From Gammaproteobacteria bacterium (GTDB lineage Bacteria; Pseudomonadota; Gammaproteobacteria; UBA9214): a stretch of DNA of 45,434 bases. Location: the NCBI GenBank assembly GCA_049664445.1, contig JBATFE010000064.1, positions 1 through 45,434 on the forward strand. Direction: 5' to 3'. The number at the start of each line of letters is the position of its first letter. Positions within the stretch are counted from its first letter, which is position 1. This document shows, piece by piece, positions 39,022 to 45,434 of this stretch. The notes under the pieces are model-generated. The model was not told the origin of the DNA. It made no database searches and saw nothing but the letters and a program-made list of their open reading frames with translations. Both the position numbers and the translations under genes were made by a program.

Positions 39022-40761
39022 TCAATCACGGCCAGCAATATCCTTCACCAGCAGCACATGTCCGTCCTGCAAGCGGTAGGCCCGCTCGGCGGCGTCCAGC
39101 ATGGCAGGTTGGTGCGAGATGGCCAGGATGGTATGCGTACCCTGCAATGTGCGCAGGGTTTCGCAAATGGCCGCTTCACTCTTCGGGTCGAGTGCCGAGG
39201 TTGCCTCATCCAGTATCAGCAGCCGCGGACGGTGCACCAGGGCACGTGCAATCATGACGCGCTGCCGTTGACCGCCGGAGAGTTTGCCGCCGCGTTCACC
39301 GACGATGTGATGGATGCCCTCGGCCAGCTTCTCCACGAACGCCCAGGCGCCGGCTTCCCGGAGTGCCGAAATGACATCGGTTTCACTGATCCCGGGGTCT
39401 CCCAGTGCCACATTGTTGAGTACCGAATCGTGCAGCAGAACGGTTTCCTGCGGCACGTAACCGATGATGCTGCGCCAGCGGTGCAGATCGAGTTCCATCA
39501 GCGGAACCCCGTCGACCAGCAGTGTGCCACTATCCGGTTGCAACAAGCCGATGATCAGGTCCAGGCTGGTGGTCTTGCCCGACCCCGAGGGCCCGATCAG
39601 GGCGGTAAAGGAACCGGCCGGGATGCTGATGTTTATCTGCTCGAGTATTTTTTTCTCTGCATAGGCGAAACTGACATCCCGCAACTCGATGCCCTGCTCG
39701 AGGGTTGGCGTGCGCTCGCCCCCCAGGTCTTCGCGTGCGCGTTCAGCCCTGTTGATGGTTTTCTGGATCGACCAGTAGGCAGACTCGGAGACTGCCGTCT
39801 TCTGGTAGCTGCGTTGTACCTGGCCGGTCCTCTTCAATATCCTGGAGAGCAGAAAACCGAGTACCATCACCGTCGCAATCGGCAGTTCCCACTTCACCAG
39901 CGTGACATAGATACCGATTACCAGCACCAGCGCGAACAGTATCTCCTGTCCGGCTGACAGTAATTCGCTGCTCACCACTTCCCGGCGCAGGGCGCGGTTG
40001 ATATTCTTTGTCTCCGATACCAGCACGGTATCCACCAGGCCTTCGCGTCCCATCGACTTGAGTGGCTTCACCGACAGCAGGGTGTCTGTCAGGCGTGCAA
40101 TCATCAGCTTGGTATACAGTGTCTGGCGCCTGCCGGCCTTGCGTGCCATTTTGACCAGGCGACCCAGCGCCAGATAGATAAGCAGGCCCATCAGAAAAGA
40201 AAACAGCGCGGCCTGCCACATCACCAGGGTGGCGATGATGACGTAAACCAGCGCCTGTATAAGTTGTGATATCAGCGTAGCGCCATGCAGGTAGGCATTG
40301 GCTGCCCTGACTGCCTCGATCGACATGGAGTTGGTCAACTGTCCAAGCGGTTGATGCAGAAAGTATTCCCAGCGCGAGGCCAGCATTGCACGCAGCATCG
40401 ACAGGCGCAGGTCGGTGGCGACGTGGGCAACAATGTAGCCAACCTTTTTCTTGGCCAGCAGAATGAGACCGCCCTTGACGATCGCTCCAGCGACAATGAC
40501 CAATAGCAGCAACTCGACACTCGGTGACAACCCCACGGCCTCGATACTGCGGAGCACTGTATCGCCGACCCCGGAGTCGGAGCCGGCTTCAAGCGCTGCC
40601 GTATCATCACCGGGCGCACCCGGTTTCACCAGGACACGGTTCAGCAGTGGTAGCAGGGCGGTCAGACTGAGACCCTCGACCAGACCGGCCACCAGCAGTG
40701 CAATCAGCATGATGGCACTCTGCAGCGGGTAGGCTCGGGCAAAGGTCTTCAACAGGTGCAT
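39022..40761 (-). CDS. ABC transporter with fused permease and ATPase, MsbA-like lipid exporter type
   Basis: N-terminal six-helix TMD followed by an NBD with Walker A GPSGSGKTT, signature LSGGQRQR and Walker B LLILDEATSALD. 579 aa half-transporter. Confidence 0.92.
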   Translation of the reverse strand: MHLLKTFARAYPLQSAIMLIALLVAGLVEGLSLTALLPLLNRVLVKPGAPGDDTAALEAGSDSGVGDTVLRSIEAVGLSPSVELLLLVIVAGAIVKGGLILLAKKKVGYIVAHVATDLRLSMLRAMLASRWEYFLHQPLGQLTNSMSIEAVRAANAYLHGATLISQLIQALVYVIIATLVMWQAALFSFLMGLLIYLALGRLVKMARKAGRRQTLYTKLMIARLTDTLLSVKPLKSMGREGLVDTVLVSETKNINRALRREVVSSELLSAGQEILFALVLVIGIYVTLVKWELPIATVMVLGFLLSRILKRTGQVQRSYQKTAVSESAYWSIQKTINRAERAREDLGGERTPTLEQGIELRDVSFAYAEKKILEQINISIPAGSFTALIGPSGSGKTTSLDLIIGLLQPDSGTLLVDGVPLMELDLHRWRSIIGYVPQETVLLHDSVLNNVALGDPGISETDVISALREAGAWAFVEKLAEGIHHIVGERGGKLSGGQRQRVMIARALVHRPRLLILDEATSALDPKSEAAICETLRTLQGTHTILAISHQPAMLDAAERAYRLQDGHVLLVKDIAGRD

Positions 40762-40828
40762 GGCAGTTACCGTGTCTGAAGGGGGGCGGGCAGGTTAACC
40801 TGGGGTACAGAACTATCCGGGCGTGTGC

Positions 40829-42031
40829 TCAGGCGGTCGTCTGCAGTTTTTCCGTGAAAAGCGAAAAGGCGTCCAGAATGGCCTCGATCTGCACCTGGCT
40901 ATGGGCCGCGCTGAGACTGCAGCGCAGCAGCGGTTTGCCGCCCGGGGTAGCCGGCGGGAGGACCAGATTGACATAGATGCCCTGTGACAGTAATTCATTC
41001 CATAGTGCGGTTGTCTCCCCGACGGTTGCGGGCAGTCGCACCGCTATCACCGGGCTGATCTCCGGGCCGAGCTCAAAACCCATGGCCGCCAGGCCCTGGT
41101 ACAGTTGTGTGGCGTTGTCCCAGAGTTTTTTCCGCAGTGCGCTGCTACGGCTGAGGATCTCCAGGGCTTTACGGGTCGAGGCAATCAGGGACGGTGAGGA
41201 GGATGCGGTGAATATGTAGGGACGCATGGCATAGCGCACAGTTTCCAGCTGCGGCCAGCGGCTGACACAGAAGCCACCGATAGACCCCAGGCTTTTACTG
41301 AAGGTGCCGGTAATGAAGTCCACCCCGGACTCGACACCGAGCTCTTCAGCCAGCCCCCTGCCTTGCTCGCCGAGCACGCCCAGCGAATGGGCCTCGTCTA
41401 TCAGCAGCGATGCGCCATAGCGGTTCTTGACGTCTACAATCTCGCGCAACGGTGCCCGGTCACCGAGCATGCTGTAGATCCCTTCCACCACCACCAGGGT
41501 GTTGCCGGCACGGTCACCCAGTCGTTGCAGGCGCTTTTCCAGATCCGCCGGGTTGTTGTGCTGAAAACGGATCACCTGGGCGCTTCCGAGACGGGTGCCA
41601 TCGTAGATACTGGCATGACAATCGGCGTCCAGCAGGATGACATCCTCGGAACCCGTCAGCGTCGAGAGTATCGCCAGATTCGCGATGTAGCCGGTTGAAA
41701 AGACAATTGCAGCGGGACAGTTGAAAAAGGCCGCCAGTTCGTTCTCCAGCGCCACGTGCGCGGCATAGCTGCCGTTCGCCATGCGCGAGCCCGTGGTGCC
41801 GGTGCCCTCTTCACTGACCGCCCTGCAGGCTGCTGCGACGCATTCCGGATCGAAGGTGAGTCCCAGATAGTTGTTGGTGCCGGCCATGATCACCTTGCGG
41901 CCATTGATGATCGCTTCTGTGGCCGACACCACGCGCTCTACGACGACATGAAAGGGGTCCACGCCACTGTCGGCAACCAGCCCGGCACGCGTTTCCTCAA
42001 GGGGCCGGAATTTATCGAAAAGGCTTGCCAT
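40829..42031 (-). CDS. spt: Serine palmitoyltransferase-like alpha-oxoamine synthase, PLP-dependent
   Basis: PLP-lysine motif GTFSKSLGSIGGF (Lys codon at 41294-41296). The N-terminus LFDKFRPL...GVDPFHVVVERVVSATEAIINGRKVIMAGTNNYLGLTFDP and the central DEAHSLG resemble the Sphingomonas SPT sequence as I recall it. The start lies 3 nt after the ACP stop. Confidence 0.85.
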   Translation of the reverse strand: MASLFDKFRPLEETRAGLVADSGVDPFHVVVERVVSATEAIINGRKVIMAGTNNYLGLTFDPECVAAACRAVSEEGTGTTGSRMANGSYAAHVALENELAAFFNCPAAIVFSTGYIANLAILSTLTGSEDVILLDADCHASIYDGTRLGSAQVIRFQHNNPADLEKRLQRLGDRAGNTLVVVEGIYSMLGDRAPLREIVDVKNRYGASLLIDEAHSLGVLGEQGRGLAEELGVESGVDFITGTFSKSLGSIGGFCVSRWPQLETVRYAMRPYIFTASSSPSLIASTRKALEILSRSSALRKKLWDNATQLYQGLAAMGFELGPEISPVIAVRLPATVGETTALWNELLSQGIYVNLVLPPATPGGKPLLRCSLSAAHSQVQIEAILDAFSLFTEKLQTTA

Positions 42032-42034
42032 CTG

Positions 42035-42283
42035 TCAGCTCTCTTTCAGCAATTCCTGCAATTGTTCTGCCAAATCTCCAAGGCTGTTTACCCTGGGAAG
42101 GATATTCAGGGGCACAGAGATATCGAAATGATCCTCGATCTGCGTCATCAGTTCCATGACCTTCACTGAATCCAGGCCCACCTCATTGATGAGGCCGGTC
42201 TCTTCACCGAGCTCGATCGGTTCCTTGGCGTAAGGACGAACCAGTGCGTAGAGTTGATCAAGGATTTCCTGTTTGCTCTGCAT
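42035..42283 (-). CDS. Acyl carrier protein, stand-alone
   Basis: Phosphopantetheine attachment site GLDSVKVMEL. The ATG at 42283 (MQSKQEILDQLY) with GGAGA about 10 nt upstream is preferred over the tracked start at 42334. Confidence 0.85.
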   Translation of the reverse strand: MQSKQEILDQLYALVRPYAKEPIELGEETGLINEVGLDSVKVMELMTQIEDHFDISVPLNILPRVNSLGDLAEQLQELLKES

Positions 42284-42388
42284 CTTTGTCCGGTCTCCAT
42301 AATTGTATGGATGCGGCTGGCCGACATCCAGCATGCACGTTATCGGTCATCAGCCTGATACGCAATTACACTTTGCTGACAGGCCGTC

Positions 42389-43336
42389 TCATGCCGCACG
42401 CGCGGGCCCACCCCAGCCCATGGTACGCTGCAGGCCCTCTTGCAGGGAAAATCCCGGCTGCCAGCCGATAGCGGCAGTCAATGCCGCGTTATCCGCTACC
42501 CAGTCGGGATGCCGCAGCTCGCGTACCTTTCCCGGTGTCAGCATGGGAGCATAACCGATCAAGCGTGCAGTGGTGGCATTCACGGCAGCAAGCGAGCGCA
42601 ACAACGCTGACGGCAAGGGTAGCCGGATGATGCGTTTGCCGCGCAGCGCCGAGATAATGGCGATGATGTCATCCCAGCTGTAACCACCGGCCCGGGTATC
42701 GTTCAGTTCGTAAATTCCGCTACGGCACTGTCCGGCATCAAGCCACATGAGCACAGCGGCGCACAGGTCTTCGACATACAGCAATGACACCCGGGCATCC
42801 GCTGCCCCCAGTACCGGCGCAATGCCACGCCCCATCCACTGGAACAGCGGCAGCATTTCCCTGTCCCCCGGGCCGTATACGGCGGGGGGGCGGAATGCAG
42901 CCCACTCCATATCATCTGCCATGCTGGCCAGGGCATCTTCCCCCTGGCGCTTGCTGGATGCGTAATGGGAGAGCTGCGGTGCACGCGCTGCCAGAGACGA
43001 GAGCGACAGAAATCTGGGTCTGGGTGACTGCGCGAGTGCGGCCTGCACCAGCTGTTTCACAGCGTCGACATTGACGGTGTTGAAATCGTCAGCCGTCACG
43101 CCACGAACGGCGCCGGCACAGTGCACCACGGCTTCGGCACCCTGCAGCAAGCGCTGTAGTGTCAGGCGATCGTGCAGAGAACCGATTACGGTTTCAAGCC
43201 CGGTCAACTCCGGGAGTTTATGGGCGGAACGGGGACGCGTCAGTGCTTTTACATGCCAGCCGGCGCTCAGCAGGTGTTTCGTCAGCATGGCGCCGATGAA
43301 GCCGGTGGCGCCGGTTACGGCAATGGTTCGTGACAT
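42389..43336 (-). CDS. NAD-dependent epimerase/dehydratase family (extended SDR) protein, candidate CerR-like ketoreductase
   Basis: N-terminal IAVTGATGFIGAMLTKHL Rossmann motif, 315 aa. It lies between the acyl-ACP synthetase and the ACP, as the epimerase-like reductase does in the Caulobacter ceramide cluster. Confidence 0.85.
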   Translation of the reverse strand: MSRTIAVTGATGFIGAMLTKHLLSAGWHVKALTRPRSAHKLPELTGLETVIGSLHDRLTLQRLLQGAEAVVHCAGAVRGVTADDFNTVNVDAVKQLVQAALAQSPRPRFLSLSSLAARAPQLSHYASSKRQGEDALASMADDMEWAAFRPPAVYGPGDREMLPLFQWMGRGIAPVLGAADARVSLLYVEDLCAAVLMWLDAGQCRSGIYELNDTRAGGYSWDDIIAIISALRGKRIIRLPLPSALLRSLAAVNATTARLIGYAPMLTPGKVRELRHPDWVADNAALTAAIGWQPGFSLQEGLQRTMGWGGPARAA

Positions 43337-43362
43337 GAAGAACCAGCGGCATCTGCGGGTTG

Positions 43363-45144
43363 TCAGCCGGCCTCTTGCTGTGACAGGCCGGTCGTCGCTT
43401 CCCTCTGTCGCTGCACAGCGATCGGTTTGAGCGGGTGCGCGTCGATGTAATTCTGTCTTGCCTTGGATCGGGACAGCTTGCCCGACGAAGTCCGCGGCAG
43501 GGTGTGTAGCGGCGCCAGCTCGATGTGGCAGTCGACGCCCACCTCGGCATGGATCAGTCCCTGCAGGTGCCTGATCAATTCCGCGCGCTTGTCACTGTCC
43601 TTGTCGCGGTACTGCACCACCATCACCGCTACGTCCGCGCCATCCGTACCCGGCACTGCAAATGCAAGGGCGTCTCCCGGACGCACATCCGGCTGCTGCT
43701 CCGCAAGCTGCTCCAGATCCTGCGGCCAGATATTGCGGCCGTTGATGATGATCAGATCCTTGCTGCGACCTGTGATCATGATGCTGTCACCTGCCCGGTA
43801 GCCGATGTCACCCGTGTTCAGCCAGCCATCCGCCGAGAGCGTCTCGGCCGTGATAGCCGGTTCGTTGAAGTAACCCGACATGACACTTGGCGCACGCACG
43901 TGGAGTACACCGATATGCCGTTCCGGCAGCACCTGTCCCGCGGCATCCCTTACCTCGACTTCAAACGACGACAGCGGTACACCACAGTTCACAAACTCAC
44001 TCAGGCGCCCGTTGACCGCCTCCGCCGCCGGTCGTGCATGATCCAGCAGTGCCAGGTGATCCGCATCCACACGGTCCACCGCCAGCCCGCCACCCAGTGG
44101 CGCAAAACTCACCGCCAGTGAACACTCCGCCATGCCGTAACAGGCCAGAAATGCCTTGCGATCAAATCCGCTCGGGGCAAGTGTCTCTGCAAAGTCACGC
44201 AGAACCTGTGGCCGGATCGTCTCCGCACCCACGCCCGCGACACGCCAGGCGCTCAGGTCAAACGTTTCAGCCTCACCTTCACGCAGTCGCCGGTTGCACA
44301 GTTCATAACCAAACGGCGGACTGAACGAGATAGTCGCCTTGTTGCGTGACACCAGCGACAACCACTGGCGCGGGCGCATCGCAAACTCGCGCGTGCCGAG
44401 ATAGTCCACCGACAACTGCGAGGCCAGCGGTGCCAGCACCAGGCCGACCAGGCCCATGTCATGATAGAAGGGCAGCCAGGAGACGCAACGGTCCGTTATC
44501 CTCATTTCCATACCTTCGGTGATGATCCCCGAAAGGTTGTTCAATACTGCCCGCTGGGTAATCATCACACCCCGTGGAAAACGGGTACTGCCCGAGGTGT
44601 ACTGCAGATAGGCAAGCTCATCAGCCTGCATTGGTTGCAACACGCCGGCCTGCTGTGACAGTGCGTCATAGTCTTGCGGCGTGCCGACAAACGTCAGCTC
44701 CAGCCCCGCGGTCGCACCTGAAAGCAGATCTGAATAATCTGTCGGCGCCATCGCCAGCGATGCCTGGCAGCCTTGCGTCATGGCGCGTATCTGCGCGACA
44801 TACGCCTTGTGACTGCCCGGGTTATGGGGAATAGGTAACGGTACCGGAACCAGGCCCGCGTACTGACAGGCAAAGAAAAAACGCAGAAAATCGGGATGGG
44901 TGTCCGCAACGATGACCATGCGCGCGCCGCGCGCGGTCCCCAGACCACGCAGCCGTCGCGCCAGACACTGTGCCTGATCTCTCAGTTCCGCATAGGTCAG
45001 CACCGCATAGAGCTCGCCGCGACTGGTATAGAAGTTACACCCTGTTCGCCCCAACGCAGCATAATCAAGGGCCGCTGCAAGATTCGGAAAATCCGCAGCC
45101 CTCAATGGCAGGTTGTTACCAGTTTTAGTTGCTTCCAAACCCAA
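43363..45144 (-). CDS. Fatty-acyl-AMP ligase / acyl-ACP synthetase, AMP-binding superfamily
   Basis: Adenylation core YLQYTSGSTRFPRGVMITQ, later GWLNTGDIGY and a C-terminal SSGKLSR. The TTG start at 45144 lies 7 nt after GAGGAG. Confidence 0.9.
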   Translation of the reverse strand: MGLEATKTGNNLPLRAADFPNLAAALDYAALGRTGCNFYTSRGELYAVLTYAELRDQAQCLARRLRGLGTARGARMVIVADTHPDFLRFFFACQYAGLVPVPLPIPHNPGSHKAYVAQIRAMTQGCQASLAMAPTDYSDLLSGATAGLELTFVGTPQDYDALSQQAGVLQPMQADELAYLQYTSGSTRFPRGVMITQRAVLNNLSGIITEGMEMRITDRCVSWLPFYHDMGLVGLVLAPLASQLSVDYLGTREFAMRPRQWLSLVSRNKATISFSPPFGYELCNRRLREGEAETFDLSAWRVAGVGAETIRPQVLRDFAETLAPSGFDRKAFLACYGMAECSLAVSFAPLGGGLAVDRVDADHLALLDHARPAAEAVNGRLSEFVNCGVPLSSFEVEVRDAAGQVLPERHIGVLHVRAPSVMSGYFNEPAITAETLSADGWLNTGDIGYRAGDSIMITGRSKDLIIINGRNIWPQDLEQLAEQQPDVRPGDALAFAVPGTDGADVAVMVVQYRDKDSDKRAELIRHLQGLIHAEVGVDCHIELAPLHTLPRTSSGKLSRSKARQNYIDAHPLKPIAVQRQREATTGLSQQEAG

Positions 45145-45254
45145 GAGTAGTCTCCTCTTAAACTAGCAGACAGCTACAGTGTTAGAACCATCTGCAGGGC
45201 TGTAGTGAACATCGTTAAAATGTGCCCAGGCCCAGAAAACTATAACCTTGGAGT

Positions 45255-45272
45255 CAGGGATTCATATCCCTG
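45255..45272. promoter_or_regulatory. 18-bp inverted repeat CAGGGAT-tcat-ATCCCTG upstream of the lipid operon, a candidate operator
   Basis: Perfect 7-bp arms, about 110-130 nt upstream of the acyl-AMP ligase start, in a lower-GC non-coding stretch. Confidence 0.25.
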
Positions 45273-45434
45273 TACAGGTATCCTTCACAAGTATATGACC
45301 TGAAAAGAAATCGACCCCAAAATCACAACATAGGCAAATACTTATGCATTCTCCAAGATTTCCGTACAAACCGCAACCCGCAAAAGAGATTTATACCTGA
45401 CTAAAATGATGGCGCGTTTCGGATTGGAGCAGGG

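Noticed and set aside
40829-42031. Alpha-oxoamine synthase interpreted as biotin BioF or threonine-pathway Kbl.
   Set aside because: The PLP-lysine motif is TFSKS and the N-terminal region is SPT-like. The gene is flanked by a dedicated ACP, an acyl-AMP ligase and an SDR instead of bio or tdh genes. A cysteate acyltransferase remains an open alternative and is noted in the findings.

Overview
This is a high-GC proteobacterial chromosome segment, and the gene order points to a gammaproteobacterium. All calls come from reading the supplied translations and the DNA by eye; no database search was run.

The first ~23 kb is an origin-proximal housekeeping block in Pseudomonas-like order. It runs yidC (5'-truncated), mnmE, mnmG, rsmG, parA, parB, atpIBEFHAGDC, glmU and glmS. 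Three small insertions interrupt it:
- a methyltransferase, a TetR regulator and a coiled-coil hypothetical between mnmE and mnmG
- a two-HKD phospholipase-D lipoprotein plus a tiny lipoprotein between parB and atpI
- a SlyD-like FKBP isomerase whose ATG overlaps the atpC stop

Next come a structured glmS 3' element, two small hypothetical genes, housekeeping uvrD and an exported hypothetical protein.

The last ~17.5 kb (27634-45144) is the interesting part. It is a compact accessory locus of three transcription units:
- A CMP-sialic-acid module: neuA, neuB, neuC and a candidate sialyltransferase-like protein.
- A redox/TPP trio and a cytoplasmic PLD-like enzyme.
- A seven-gene minus-strand array: fatty-acyl-AMP ligase/acyl-ACP synthetase, SDR reductase, ACP, serine-palmitoyltransferase-like enzyme, MsbA-like ABC exporter, methyltransferase and sulfotransferase.

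The first four genes of that array are the same gene set, in the same adjacency, as the Caulobacter ceramide cluster. My main hypothesis is that the locus builds an exported, sialylated and/or sulfated or methylated sphingolipid-type glycolipid. To my knowledge this combination is undescribed.

I recognised no rRNA, tRNA, CRISPR array, transposase or integrase.
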